Position numbers and translations under genes: made by a program. Source: an uncultured Gammaproteobacteria bacterium (GTDB taxonomy: Bacteria > Patescibacteriota > Patescibacteriia > UBA1558 > 2-01-FULL-52-15). From it: a stretch of DNA of 64,000 nucleotides. A model generated the notes under the pieces. That model saw only the letters and a program-made list of their open reading frames with translations. It did no database searches and had not been told where the DNA came from. Positions 8,893 through 19,568 of this stretch are shown here, piece after piece. How positions within the stretch are numbered: the stretch's first letter is position 1; the number at the start of each line of letters is the position of its first letter. Location: NCBI GenBank assembly GCA_964402565.1, contig CAYOCJ010000002.1, positions 234,982 through 298,981 on the forward strand, read 5' to 3'.

Positions 8893-9095
8893 ATTGTGTG
8901 GATGATCTGCAAGTACTGAGAATCATGTCGCTCGGGAAATGCAGAACGGAAAGAAGCGCTGATAGGCGAAGTAGACTCCGTCGTCCGTGCACGTAACGCA
9001 CGAGAATGAAGTATAATGCGAAGGTGGTACCACCCCTTGACTCGTCGCTCCGGGGTCCTTAACGCGAGAAGCGCGTTTTTTTATTTATACGAACT

Positions 9096-10019
9096 ATGCT
9101 CTATTTTTTAGGAATCTATTTGGCCGCATTGCTGCTCTTCGTTGCTTTGCTTATGTCTCTGGCAGAGTTGTTCTGGGTATTCGATAACTTCATAAATTTT
9201 ATACCTCAATTTTTGTTCCTCACTGTTCTCTGTATCATTGCATTGCTTGCCGAAGGGAGTTTCTGGCAGGCGCTCGCGATGTGCTGCGTTTTTGTATTCT
9301 TTGCTATGCCATTAGTGCGCGTGAGGTATCCGGGCCGCAGTGCATCAGTGGCGGGCGATCGCTCGCTTACCGTTTTGCAGGCAAATGTAAATCTTAAAAA
9401 TACGAAGTACGATCGGCTGATCAAGGTAATCCGCGAAGCAAAACCGACCATGATCATGATGAATGAGGTTACTGCAGCCTGGATCGATCGCGTCACCAAA
9501 GCTACCGCAGCAACCCACCTGTATCGGATCGTGCTGCCCAGCACAACATATCGCGGCATGGCTGTTTTTTCTCAATGGCCTATCGCTTCGCATGATGTCT
9601 TGGAACTGACCAAAAAAAATTCACCGCTCATTCGTGTCCATATGCAGGATGTGCCGCTGACGATCTATGTAGCGCATCCGCTGCCTCCCATGACGCCGGG
9701 CTGGTCATCGCACCGTGAAATATTTTTTAAACGATTAGCTGTAGAGGTCCGAAAATCCACAGACGACGTGTTGGTGGTTGGCGATCTTAATACTACATTC
9801 TTCAGCCCGTTGCTTCGAACATTTTTGAAAACCTCAGGTTTGAAGCTCGACAGACAAGGCTTTGGGGTGAAGACGACGTGGATGCGCGGCACGCCTCTGG
9901 CTTTGCCGCTGGACCATATTTTGTATCGAGGCAGCCTGACAATGACCGATCTCAAAGTAATGAGCTCTATTGGGTCTGATCATCGGCCTGTGCTCGCCAC
10001 TTTTAATTATGCGCGCTAA
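9096..10019 (+). CDS. Endonuclease/exonuclease/phosphatase (EEP) family protein with N-terminal TM helices
   Basis: LTVLQANV near the start of the catalytic domain, VVGDLN, and C-terminal SDHRPV motif typical of the EEP fold. Three N-terminal hydrophobic helices. Confidence 0.75.
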   Translation: MLYFLGIYLAALLLFVALLMSLAELFWVFDNFINFIPQFLFLTVLCIIALLAEGSFWQALAMCCVFVFFAMPLVRVRYPGRSASVAGDRSLTVLQANVNLKNTKYDRLIKVIREAKPTMIMMNEVTAAWIDRVTKATAATHLYRIVLPSTTYRGMAVFSQWPIASHDVLELTKKNSPLIRVHMQDVPLTIYVAHPLPPMTPGWSSHREIFFKRLAVEVRKSTDDVLVVGDLNTTFFSPLLRTFLKTSGLKLDRQGFGVKTTWMRGTPLALPLDHILYRGSLTMTDLKVMSSIGSDHRPVLATFNYAR

Positions 10020-10028
10020 ACTATAGGT

Positions 10029-12569
10029 ATGGAGAAAAAATCACCACAAGAAACAGCAGACGGCGCTTTGCCAAAAGCGTATAGCGCTCAGGATCACGAA
10101 AATTCCATCTATGCAGCATGGATGGATTCTGGTTATTTCAACCCGGATGCATTACCGGGCAAGCGCTCTGCTATGTACAGTATTATGATGCCGCCTCCAA
10201 ATGTGACCGGTATTTTGCATATTGGCCATGCGCTTGAACAAACATTATTGGACGCGAAGATCCGGTTTGAACGCATGCGCGGCAAACGCGCACTGCTTAT
10301 TCCTGGCGTTGACCATGCTGCCGTTGCTACCCAGGCGCGCGTTGAGAAAGATTTGATTGAGAAAGGGCACAAACACCCCCGTGAGGAATTTGGCAGAGAA
10401 AAACTTCTCGAGATCATCCGAGACTACGCCGGACAGTCAAAAGAAACCATTGTTTCTCAGATAAAGAAAATGGGCACCAGTTGCGACTGGGACCGGTTTG
10501 CGTATACCTTTGATGAAACAAGATCCGCTGCTGTGTTTGAGATCTTCAAGTCAATGTATAACGATGGCCTCATCTATCGCGGCTTTCGAGTTGTGAATTG
10601 GTCTGTGCTCGGGCAGTCAACTGCATCAGATGATGAACTTGAGTATATCGAACGTGATGCCAAGCTGTATACGTTCAAGTACAGCAAAGATTTCCCGATT
10701 GCTATTGCTACGACGCGCCCTGAGACAAAGTTGGGCGATACTGCTGTCGCTGTTCATCCTGATGATAAGAGATATAAGCAATACATTGGTCAAACCTTTA
10801 CCGCAGACGTTGGTGCTACGAAGCCATTGCAGATCAAGATTATTGCTGACAAAAGTGTTGACCCGTCGTTCGGCACTGGCGCTCTTGGCGTCACACCGGC
10901 GCATAGCATGATCGATTTTGAAATGAAAGAGAAGCATGGCTTGGATCTGGTGCAAGTAATAGGCACTGACGGCAAAATGACCAAAGAAGCAGGAATATAT
11001 GCTGGTAAAACCATCGAACAGGCTCGGAAAGCATTTGTACAATGGCTCGCGAAAGAAAAGCTCCTGATCTCAGAAGAGGATATCAAGCAGAATGTTGCTA
11101 CGCATCAGCGATTCAACGATCTCATAGAAGTTGTGCCTATGCTGCAGTGGTTCGTGGCGGTCAATAAGTCAGTTAAAAAGTTCAAAGGTAAGACTTTGAA
11201 AGATCTCATGCGGGAATCCGGTGAAAAGATAACGATACGCCCTGAGCGGTATAAGAACGTGTACTATCAATGGATAGATTCATTGCATGATTGGTGCATT
11301 TCGCGGCAGATCTGGTGGGGGCATCGAATCCCGGTGTGGTACAAGGACGAAGAGCTGCGCGTAAGCCTTGAAAGTCCTGGCGCAGGCTGGACGCAAGACC
11401 CTGACACCTTGGATACATGGTTCTCATCAGGCACATGGACTTTTTCTACCCTTGGCTGGCCACAGCAAACCAAAGATTTAAACGCATTTCATCCAAGCTC
11501 ATGGATGCAGATGGGATATGAGATCGTTTTTTTCTGGATGGCGCGAATGATCTTGATGAGTTCGTATGCGCTGTCAGAGCTGCCGTTCAAAGAAGCCTAT
11601 ATTCATGGGTTGGTCCGCGGCAAAGACGGCCGTAAATTTTCTAAGTCTCTGAGAAATACCATAGATCCGCTGGATATGATCGCAAAATATGGAACCGATG
11701 CTCTCCGTATGAGCCTGGTGTCAGGCGTGACGCCGGGCAATGATGTGACCTTCTACGAAGAAAAAGTAGAGCAGTACCAGCATTTCGTAAATAAACTTTG
11801 GAATATTTCACGCTATGTATTTAGTTCTATCGAGACCGATGGAGCAGGGGAGAAAACGCCGAAGCCTTTGACGAAAACCGATGCATGGGTACTCAAAAAA
11901 CTTGAAACACTTATCACTGACATGACAAAGATGCTGGAGCAGTCCGACTTTTCTCTGGCAGCCGATGCATTGTATGATTTTACGTGGAGTGATTTTGCAG
12001 ATTGGTATATTGAAGTTTCAAAAGTAGAAGCGCGCCGTTCACCAGAAGCGAAAAAAGAGAAGGATATGATGTTACTTTATGTGCTACAGACTATCTTAAA
12101 GCTGGCGCATCCATTCATGCCATTTGTAACCGAAGTGCTTTGGAAGCAATTTCATTCTAAAACCTTACTCATGGTTTCCGATTGGCCTTCTGGCATGGGT
12201 TTAGCGTCAACCGATTCGTTACGTGTATTTTCTAACGTGCAGCAAGTAATAACTGCAATACGCGAAAGTAAATCCGTCAATAAGATACCTCCGGCGACCA
12301 TTGTGAAGGTATCCATGCCATTGCCGTACCCTGAATATCGGGATGTCATTGAGAAATTAGCGCGCTGCAGCATCACTGTTTCAAAGGACGATACGATCAT
12401 CGTTGAGTCAGTGAGCACATTGACTGATGCCAAGCGCACTGAGCTCAAAGCCTATATCGCTTCTCTTGAGAAGAAATTATCCAATACGGCTTTTACAAAA
12501 AACGCCCCGAAAGCAATCATCGAGGCAGAGAAAAAGAAACTGGCTGACGCGAAAGCAAAACTAGTCTAG
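10029..12569 (+). CDS. valS: Valine--tRNA ligase
   Basis: 846 aa. PPPNVTGILHIGHAL (HIGH), KFSKSL (KMSKS), WCISRQIWWGHRIP editing/CP1 signature, C-terminal coiled coil. Confidence 0.95.
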   Translation: MEKKSPQETADGALPKAYSAQDHENSIYAAWMDSGYFNPDALPGKRSAMYSIMMPPPNVTGILHIGHALEQTLLDAKIRFERMRGKRALLIPGVDHAAVATQARVEKDLIEKGHKHPREEFGREKLLEIIRDYAGQSKETIVSQIKKMGTSCDWDRFAYTFDETRSAAVFEIFKSMYNDGLIYRGFRVVNWSVLGQSTASDDELEYIERDAKLYTFKYSKDFPIAIATTRPETKLGDTAVAVHPDDKRYKQYIGQTFTADVGATKPLQIKIIADKSVDPSFGTGALGVTPAHSMIDFEMKEKHGLDLVQVIGTDGKMTKEAGIYAGKTIEQARKAFVQWLAKEKLLISEEDIKQNVATHQRFNDLIEVVPMLQWFVAVNKSVKKFKGKTLKDLMRESGEKITIRPERYKNVYYQWIDSLHDWCISRQIWWGHRIPVWYKDEELRVSLESPGAGWTQDPDTLDTWFSSGTWTFSTLGWPQQTKDLNAFHPSSWMQMGYEIVFFWMARMILMSSYALSELPFKEAYIHGLVRGKDGRKFSKSLRNTIDPLDMIAKYGTDALRMSLVSGVTPGNDVTFYEEKVEQYQHFVNKLWNISRYVFSSIETDGAGEKTPKPLTKTDAWVLKKLETLITDMTKMLEQSDFSLAADALYDFTWSDFADWYIEVSKVEARRSPEAKKEKDMMLLYVLQTILKLAHPFMPFVTEVLWKQFHSKTLLMVSDWPSGMGLASTDSLRVFSNVQQVITAIRESKSVNKIPPATIVKVSMPLPYPEYRDVIEKLARCSITVSKDDTIIVESVSTLTDAKRTELKAYIASLEKKLSNTAFTKNAPKAIIEAEKKKLADAKAKLV

Positions 12570-12637
12570 TTGCTATCATGAAAGTAGAAACGCCGCACTC
12601 CAGTTCTGGAGTGCGGCGTCCATTGAAGTCAGGATCC

Positions 12638-13075
12638 TTAGACCCCGGCGATTTCGTTCAGGATAGCTCGAATCCCGCGAGACTGGACCATCAGACTGCG
12701 GGCGAAGTCATCGAGCTTCCGATGCACGATGCGCACCACTGCCGGCGGCAGATCCGCCGCGGTGAGATCATCTTCCCGATCAAGAGCAAAAGAGGTGTAA
12801 CTGATGCGCTTCTCCGACCGAAGCGTGATCGTGACACACGGCTTGCCGCCAAGCTGTTTTTTTGACCGGACGATCACCTTATAGCTTCGCTTGTCCTCAT
12901 GATGCAGGTCATAGCCCCAGCTCCTTTCGCCGCGATAGAGCATATCGATCTCTTTCAGCCGGCGGATGAGAGCTCCGCGCAGGATCATAGCGAAGCGCTT
13001 GATCTCGCCTTGCATGACGTGGATCTGGTCAGAGCCTTTGAGAACTTGATCCATACTTGCGATCTTCATTTCCAT
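12638..13075 (-). CDS. Hypothetical protein (about 145 aa) in a GC-rich insert
   Basis: The ORF track start at 13081 is TTG. First ATG at 13075 is preceded by AAGGAG with a 6-nt spacer. Local GC clearly above the backbone. Inverted repeat acgccgcactccag-ttct-ggagtgcggcgt at 12590-12620 just downstream. Confidence 0.5.
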   Translation of the reverse strand: MEMKIASMDQVLKGSDQIHVMQGEIKRFAMILRGALIRRLKEIDMLYRGERSWGYDLHHEDKRSYKVIVRSKKQLGGKPCVTITLRSEKRISYTSFALDREDDLTAADLPPAVVRIVHRKLDDFARSLMVQSRGIRAILNEIAGV

Positions 13076-13266
13076 GTACAACTCCTTGATCGACGCTGTT
13101 GCGTCCGAAATGGGCCTGTCGGCCCGGTATCAGGGAAAAGTTTTTATACCCGTTTTTGCGCGTTAGGTCAACAGTTGCAGTGAAAAAATGTGAATTGAGC
13201 CGGCATGTAGAACAATTGCCCGCCATATAGTATACTAATAACGATCTATCATTAATGATATAGCAT

Positions 13267-14016
13267 ATGGCCTTTATAGGTTTTCTCGTCATTTTATTCA
13301 TGTTACTAGTCATATCGGGTTTGCGGGTCGTGAATCAGTACCAGAGAGCAGTCATCCTGACATTAGGTAAATACTCAGATACGAGAGGCCCGGGGCTCAC
13401 ATGGATCTTCGCAATGATGCAAACAATGTCGAAGGTGGATGTCCGCGTAGATACGGTAGATATCCCTCAGCAAGAAGTTATTACCAAGGATAACGTTACG
13501 GTCGGCATCAATGCGGTTGTGTATTTCAGAGTAGTGGTAGCTGAAAAAGCTATTTTGGAAATTCAGAATTTTCGCAATGCTGTCGCCATGTACGCTCAGG
13601 CGACGCTTCGCGATGTTATCGGAGGCGTCGAACTCGATACCTTGCTTTCAGAGCGCGATAAGATCGCAGAAGACATCAAGAAGATCGTGGATGTCGCGAC
13701 AGAACCATGGGGATTGGATGTTTCTGCGATTAAGATCCAGGATATTGAATTGCCTGCAGATATGAAACGAGTGATGGCAAAGCAAGCTGAAGCTGAGCGT
13801 GAACGCCGTGCAGTCATCATTCAGGCTGAAGGTGAATTTACCGCTGCAGAAAAACTGTCACAAGCGGCAAGCGTGCTGAGCTCGGTTGCCGGCGGTATGT
13901 CCATGCGCACGCTGCAAACGATAGAAAAAATAAACCCCGATCCTTCGAAGACCGTGATATTTGCTTTGCCTATAGAAGTGTTTGACACCTTGAAAGCTCT
14001 CGCTGGCAAAAAGTAA
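13267..14016 (+). CDS. SPFH/Band 7 (stomatin/prohibitin-like) membrane protein
   Basis: N-terminal TM helix, then LRVVNQYQRAVILTLGKY...GPGL...DVRVDTVDIPQQEVITKDNVTVGINAVVYFRV and a coiled-coil AEAERERRA tail. Confidence 0.85.
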   Translation: MAFIGFLVILFMLLVISGLRVVNQYQRAVILTLGKYSDTRGPGLTWIFAMMQTMSKVDVRVDTVDIPQQEVITKDNVTVGINAVVYFRVVVAEKAILEIQNFRNAVAMYAQATLRDVIGGVELDTLLSERDKIAEDIKKIVDVATEPWGLDVSAIKIQDIELPADMKRVMAKQAEAERERRAVIIQAEGEFTAAEKLSQAASVLSSVAGGMSMRTLQTIEKINPDPSKTVIFALPIEVFDTLKALAGKK

Positions 14017-14017
14017 G

Positions 14018-14827
14018 TTAACTTACTTCTCCAAGGAATTGCTGTGCAAGCGTGCCGGTGTCTTTGCTGTTCTGGTAGAAAGATTTCCAGACGATCACGA
14101 TATCGGCATCGTTAAAGACAGCGCGCTGCGCTTCGCGGACCGTATCACCGCCAGCGATAGAAATGAGTACGTCGTAATTTGATTTGATCCGCCGGATCTC
14201 GTAGAGCGGGATCTGTTTTTCTTTGTTGAAGCGCTCTTCATCCACGCCTCGATGCAGTATGACTACGGTGGGCTGGGAGCGCAATTGTCTGAGTATAGCC
14301 AATGGGTATTCGACATTCATCATGTCGATCATAGAGTCGATCTCCTGTTTTTTGCACTCTTCGACGAAGGCATTCAGCGATTCTATCGGAGAAACGCCAA
14401 GTGCAACAGCAGCATCAGCTCCAGCTTCTTTCGCTATTTGCACTTCAGTCTCGCCACGGTCCATCATTTTCAGGTCAGCGACCACATAGGGATAGGGAGT
14501 GGTTATCGCTGTTGCCTGATTGCTTTTCACTGCAGGGGCTTTTTTGGCCGGAGCCGTGTATACGCCCAGGAGCATCGAAATAATATCGGCACCTGATGCA
14601 TAGGAGTCTGATGTGGGCGTAGTAAGCCCGCCAGTAAGCTTACGAGCAAATGCGTTTTTGATGCTTCTAATGCCTTCAGCGCCATATTGCTTGATCAGCG
14701 GAGTGCCTGCTTCGACAATGATGCGGTCACTGACAGGTAATTGGCTGATGATCGAGTGCGCTTCGCTCAAGGTACTATTCAGAGCGATCTGCAAGTACTT
14801 CTTTTTTTTGCTCAAATAGGAGGGCAT
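14018..14827 (-). CDS. 3-hexulose-6-phosphate synthase (HPS/KGPDC) family protein with a ~50-aa low-complexity insert
   Basis: Aligns by eye with HxlA: LQIALN / VEAGTPLIK / VVADLKMMDRGETEV / AKEAGADAAVALG / IDMMNV / IAGGDT. Insert LTGGLTTPTSDSYASG...AITTPYPY between the beta2 and beta3 equivalents. Confidence 0.65.
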   Translation of the reverse strand: MPSYLSKKKKYLQIALNSTLSEAHSIISQLPVSDRIIVEAGTPLIKQYGAEGIRSIKNAFARKLTGGLTTPTSDSYASGADIISMLLGVYTAPAKKAPAVKSNQATAITTPYPYVVADLKMMDRGETEVQIAKEAGADAAVALGVSPIESLNAFVEECKKQEIDSMIDMMNVEYPLAILRQLRSQPTVVILHRGVDEERFNKEKQIPLYEIRRIKSNYDVLISIAGGDTVREAQRAVFNDADIVIVWKSFYQNSKDTGTLAQQFLGEVS

Positions 14828-14830
14828 ATC

Positions 14831-16567
14831 TTACTCGGCTTGTCTGAATATTTCTGATACTGACGTGATCCCTGCTAATGCTTTCAGCAGGCCGTCCTGT
14901 ACCATGGTGATCATGCCATGCGCCTGAGCTGTTTCCTGGATCGCGTACTCGGATACGGTACCGCTCAAAATAATTGTTTCAAGGTCCTTGTTCATGGTGA
15001 GGATTTCATAGATGCCGATACGCCCCCGATAGCCAAGGTCATTACATTGGTCGCATCCGCGTGCTGCGTAGAATTCGAAACGTTCAGGAAACTTCAGATC
15101 TACTGTCACCCCTAAGTCTTTTCGTTCGGTAAGCGGAGATAGCGCTTCACTGATCCGGGTCATTGTTGCTTCGTCAGGCTGCTCGACCTGTTTGCAATGC
15201 GTACAAAGCCTGCGTACCAGCCGCTGGCCGATAATTGCATTGATGGCGGGCGCCAGCAGGAAATTTTTTGAACCCATGGCGAGGAAGCGGGGGATAGCTC
15301 CGGCAGCGCTATTCGTGTGCAAGGTCGAAAGCATCAAGTGTCCGGTGAGCGCAGCATTGATCGCAGTGTCAGCAGTTTCGAGGTCGCGAATTTCACCGAC
15401 CATGATGATATCCGGATCTTGCCGCAGGAGCGAGCGCAGTCCTTTCGCAAAGTCCATACCGGCTGCAGTATTGATCTGTGTTTGATTGATCCCTTTGATC
15501 TTGTATTCAACGGGGTCTTCGAGCGTCAAAATTTTCGTTTCAGGGTCGTTCAACTTGTTTAAAATAGCATAGAGCGTAGTCGTTTTGCCTGAGCCAGTAG
15601 GCCCGGTCGCAATGATCATGCCGTTCGGTTTCGAGATTTCTTTTTGGAGCGTGGTAAGGGTTAATCCGCTTAGACCTAAGGTATCGAATTGCAATGCTTC
15701 CACAGAGAATTTGAGCAAACGCATGACCACGCTTTCGCCATAGGATGTAGGCACCGTTGATACGCGGACTTCTACTTTGTCATTGCTGAGATAAATGGTG
15801 AATCGACCGTCCTGTGGCTTATTCGCAATATTAAGTTTCAGGCCGGCCAGCAATTTGACCCGGGATATCACCTTTGGCCAGGCATCAGGCATGAGCAACC
15901 CGACATCATGCAAGACGCCGTCGATGCGCATACGGATCTTGATGTCTTCAGCTTCTGCTTCGATATGAATATCCGATGCTCCTGATTTCAGTGCAGCGCC
16001 AATGATAAGCACCAGTACTTCAGTAATAGGCGCTCGCTTGATAGCATCGCTCAGCTTTTTGATGGAGTTAACTTTGTCTTGCTGCGCTTTCAGCGTCTCC
16101 TCGGTGATGTCGATGCCTTCAGCGTGTCCCGCGACTGCTTTCGGGATGGCGTCATACTTTTTGAGCGCGAGAGCCAGGCTTTCATTCGATATCAGGTAGA
16201 TCGCACTTGTCGCTCGGTGAATTTCTTCAAGCTCGCGGGCCTTTTCAATGATTTTCGGATTGGCAGGGTCGAGCGTTCCCAGGCGTATCTGATCATTGTC
16301 TGCATAAAAACAAACGACGCTTTCCTGTTCACAGTATTGCCTGCCGAGAAGCAGCAAGGCGTCCTGCGGTATGGGGAAGGTTTGCAGGTTGATATACGAG
16401 TAACCCTTATCTTTTGCAGATTGTGCGACGATCGCTTCTTTTTGCTTTTCACGAATATCCGCAATGGTCGAAGCCAGCGCCTGGTTCTTGCCTTCGTTAA
16501 AATGAACATGCTTGCTCTCTTCCGAGGCTGGTTTTTTTGCAGTAGGGTCTAATCGCGAGCTAATCAT
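14831..16567 (-). CDS. pilB: Type IV pilus assembly / type II secretion ATPase (PilB/GspE family)
   Basis: 578 aa. GPTGSGKTTTLYAIL Walker A, LEDPVEY, tetracysteine CTHCK...CDQC motif. Confidence 0.9.
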   Translation of the reverse strand: MISSRLDPTAKKPASEESKHVHFNEGKNQALASTIADIREKQKEAIVAQSAKDKGYSYINLQTFPIPQDALLLLGRQYCEQESVVCFYADNDQIRLGTLDPANPKIIEKARELEEIHRATSAIYLISNESLALALKKYDAIPKAVAGHAEGIDITEETLKAQQDKVNSIKKLSDAIKRAPITEVLVLIIGAALKSGASDIHIEAEAEDIKIRMRIDGVLHDVGLLMPDAWPKVISRVKLLAGLKLNIANKPQDGRFTIYLSNDKVEVRVSTVPTSYGESVVMRLLKFSVEALQFDTLGLSGLTLTTLQKEISKPNGMIIATGPTGSGKTTTLYAILNKLNDPETKILTLEDPVEYKIKGINQTQINTAAGMDFAKGLRSLLRQDPDIIMVGEIRDLETADTAINAALTGHLMLSTLHTNSAAGAIPRFLAMGSKNFLLAPAINAIIGQRLVRRLCTHCKQVEQPDEATMTRISEALSPLTERKDLGVTVDLKFPERFEFYAARGCDQCNDLGYRGRIGIYEILTMNKDLETIILSGTVSEYAIQETAQAHGMITMVQDGLLKALAGITSVSEIFRQAE

Positions 16568-16622
16568 AGATGACGGCCTTAGGACTTAAGGATGGTCTAG
16601 AAACTTATAGTAATACAATCGC

Positions 16623-17645
16623 TTAGAAAATGTGTCGATGCAAGAAAGGCATGTGGCGGGCGAGTCGGTGTATCTTACTATGGTGCTCGCCAGTGGTCAA
16701 TTTGCGGAATACGCCGACCCAGATGGACATTTGCAGCGTCGTAAACAAGCTCACGAACAGGGCGACAATAACGAACAGCAGCAGGATAATGGCAATGATG
16801 AATATCTGGAATGCCGCCGTTGATAATGCAATGAACGCGCCGAACATAGTTAAGAAGAATGCGAGCACCGGCAGCAGCACGAGCGACATGAGCAGAAAAG
16901 CAAGGAATAAGGTTGCCATGACCACGAGCGATGTCTCAAGGCTTATGACCCAGTTCGTTGCAAAGAGCAGCCAGGCATTCTTGAACGCCGCGCTGATGGT
17001 CATCCGGTAGATCATGACATACATGAGCGCATAGCGGACTACCAGGTCAAAAATCACGACGATCGGCACGACAATGAAATAGCCGATGAATGCATATAAA
17101 ATACTTCCTCCCGGCCCGCTGATCAAAGCCATATAGATGAGCGGCATCACGATCAGCGCCATGATCATCAGGTAAAGAAGCCGGTAGACAATATTAATGC
17201 CGAACAATTGCCAGAAGGCATCGAGTCCTTGGCGGAAGCTTACCAAATAAGTTGCCTTTTTATTCGTCTGCAGCTGATGGATCGCATAGATCAAGGCTCC
17301 TTCGGAGCTGGTGATCATGATCGCCAAAGTGATGACGATGAAGAGCAAGACAAAAAAGAAGATCAGCACGGGCATGTCCGCGAGTACGAGGTTGCCCCAG
17401 GGAATTTGTTCGAAGGACTGGCTCCAGCCGATGAAAATAGACGTGAGCAGGTCGGTCTGGCCGTAGATATTTGTAACGGCAAAGCTCATGGGCGTGTCGG
17501 TGAGGTCAAAGAGCACCTGGAATGTGCCGAATACGCCGACGAATGAGGTGAAAAGCGCAAGCGGCCAGAGGAAGAGATGCTTGCAACTGATGATCCAGCT
17601 ATCGGAGACTATATGCCGATAGAACGCATTCATTGATTTTGCCAT
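16623..17645 (-). CDS. Hypothetical polytopic membrane protein
   Basis: 340 aa, at least 8 hydrophobic helices, no recognisable catalytic motif. Confidence 0.6.
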   Translation of the reverse strand: MAKSMNAFYRHIVSDSWIISCKHLFLWPLALFTSFVGVFGTFQVLFDLTDTPMSFAVTNIYGQTDLLTSIFIGWSQSFEQIPWGNLVLADMPVLIFFFVLLFIVITLAIMITSSEGALIYAIHQLQTNKKATYLVSFRQGLDAFWQLFGINIVYRLLYLMIMALIVMPLIYMALISGPGGSILYAFIGYFIVVPIVVIFDLVVRYALMYVMIYRMTISAAFKNAWLLFATNWVISLETSLVVMATLFLAFLLMSLVLLPVLAFFLTMFGAFIALSTAAFQIFIIAIILLLFVIVALFVSLFTTLQMSIWVGVFRKLTTGEHHSKIHRLARHMPFLHRHIF

Positions 17646-17725
17646 ATTTTGTTTTCTTTAAAGTAAATATACGCGGATATTTCCGCGTATATTATACTAT
17701 ATATCGCAATGCTTGTCTAAAAGTC

Positions 17726-19546
17726 TTATGCAGCCGCGAGTAATTGCTCGAACTCTTCTTTTTCAAGCGTTTCTTTCTGCAATAGAGTCTGCGCTATCTT
17801 CTCAAGTTTCTCTCGCTGTTCAGTGATGACTTTCTCAGCGGTCTTGAATGCATCTTTGATGAGGGAGAGGATGGTTGAATCGATTGCTTCAGCCGTTTTT
17901 TCACTGTAATCCCTTCTCTCATGGATCTCGCGGCCAAGGAAGATCATTTCTTCTTTCTCGCCATAGGTGCGGGGACCGAGCTCTTCGCTCATACCGAACT
18001 GAGTGATGAGCTGTCGGGCAAGCGAGGTTGCTTTCTTGAGGTCGCTGGAAGCACCGGTGGTCACTTCTCCGAAGATCTTCTTTTCGGTGACGTGGCCGGC
18101 CAGCAATACCGCAAGGTCATCGATGAATTCAGACTTTGCGTGGTATCGCTTATCTTCGCTCGGCAATTTCAGCGTATAGCCGCCAGCCCGTCCGCGGGAA
18201 ATGATGGAGATCTTGTGGACAGGGTCAGCGTTCGGGAGCATATGCGCGACCAATGCATGGCCTGCTTCATGATAGGCAGTGATCTTCTTTTCTTTTTCGG
18301 TCATGATCGAGCTTCGGCGCTCTGGCCCGAGTATTACTTTCTCGATCGCTTCGAGTAAATAGCTCTGGCCGATTATCTTTTTATTGTCGCGACCGGACAT
18401 GATAGCAGCTTCATTCAGCACATTCGCAAGATCAGCTCCAGAGAAACCTACCGTGCGCTGCGCAACAATCTTCATATTAATATCATCGGCGAATGGTTTT
18501 CCTTTTGCATGAATGGCAAGGATCGCTTCGCGCTCTTTGATATCAGGAAGGTCGATCGTAACCTGGCGGTCAAATCGCCCTGGTCGAAGCAGAGCCGGAT
18601 CGAGAATATCAGGCCTGTTGGTAGCTGCAACAACGATAATATTTGTCTGATTGTCGAAGCCATCCATCTCGACCAAGATCTGGTTGAGGGTTTGTTCACG
18701 TTCGTCATGGCTGCCGCCCAGGCCCGCACCGCGCTGGCGGCCGACCGCATCAAGCTCGTCAATGAAAATGATGCACGGCGACTGTTTCTTTGCTTTGCGG
18801 AAGAGATCGCGCACGCGAGAAGCGCCGACGCCTACGAACATTTCGACGAATTCAGATCCGCTGATATGGAAGAACGGTACCGCTGCTTCGCCGGCGATCG
18901 CACGCGCGAGCAAGGTCTTACCCGTTCCCGGAGGACCTACCAGTAAGACGCCTTTTGGAATTTTTGCGCCAAGCGACGTGAATTTTTGAGGTTTTCTTAA
19001 GAATTCGACGATTTCAGAGAGTTCAACTTTGGCTTCTTTCGAGCCGGCGACATCCTTGAAGCTTACCTTGTTCTTTGTCTGTGGCTGGAACTGCTTTGCA
19101 TTCGCCTGCCCGAACATCATGGCTTTCGAATTCGCTCCCTGGATCTGCCGCATCATGAGCCAGATGAAGAAACCGATGATGAGTATTGGCAATACGATAG
19201 GCAATAAGGTCCAGAGCCAGAAGCCAGTCGTGGTCTCGCTTTTGACGGTGATATTCAGTTTCGTAAGTTTGTCCTGTGTAACGCCGAAGTTCGACAGCAA
19301 GGTGCTTAAGGATTCCGTTGATTCCTTATAGGTCTTTTCTGTCGTATCGTCCTTCAGAGTGGCGGTGAGTTTATCGCCGTCGACTTCGATCTCTTTGATC
19401 TTTTCCTGATTGATCTGGTTGATCAACGTCGCAATATCAACGTTGGGCTCAGTTTTTTTATCCAGCGTGATGAGGCTCAATGCGCTTGCGAATAACAGCA
19501 TGATCAGGAGGAATGTCGCGACATTTTTGAACAGATTATTTTTCAT
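17726..19546 (-). CDS. ftsH: ATP-dependent zinc metalloprotease FtsH
   Basis: 606 aa. N-terminal [24 protein letters not shown] Walker [20 protein letters not shown] zinc site. Confidence 0.95.
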   Translation of the reverse strand: MKNNLFKNVATFLLIMLLFASALSLITLDKKTEPNVDIATLINQINQEKIKEIEVDGDKLTATLKDDTTEKTYKESTESLSTLLSNFGVTQDKLTKLNITVKSETTTGFWLWTLLPIVLPILIIGFFIWLMMRQIQGANSKAMMFGQANAKQFQPQTKNKVSFKDVAGSKEAKVELSEIVEFLRKPQKFTSLGAKIPKGVLLVGPPGTGKTLLARAIAGEAAVPFFHISGSEFVEMFVGVGASRVRDLFRKAKKQSPCIIFIDELDAVGRQRGAGLGGSHDEREQTLNQILVEMDGFDNQTNIIVVAATNRPDILDPALLRPGRFDRQVTIDLPDIKEREAILAIHAKGKPFADDINMKIVAQRTVGFSGADLANVLNEAAIMSGRDNKKIIGQSYLLEAIEKVILGPERRSSIMTEKEKKITAYHEAGHALVAHMLPNADPVHKISIISRGRAGGYTLKLPSEDKRYHAKSEFIDDLAVLLAGHVTEKKIFGEVTTGASSDLKKATSLARQLITQFGMSEELGPRTYGEKEEMIFLGREIHERRDYSEKTAEAIDSTILSLIKDAFKTAEKVITEQREKLEKIAQTLLQKETLEKEEFEQLLAAA

Positions 19547-19568
19547 AGAAACTCTTGGTTACGAGGAG

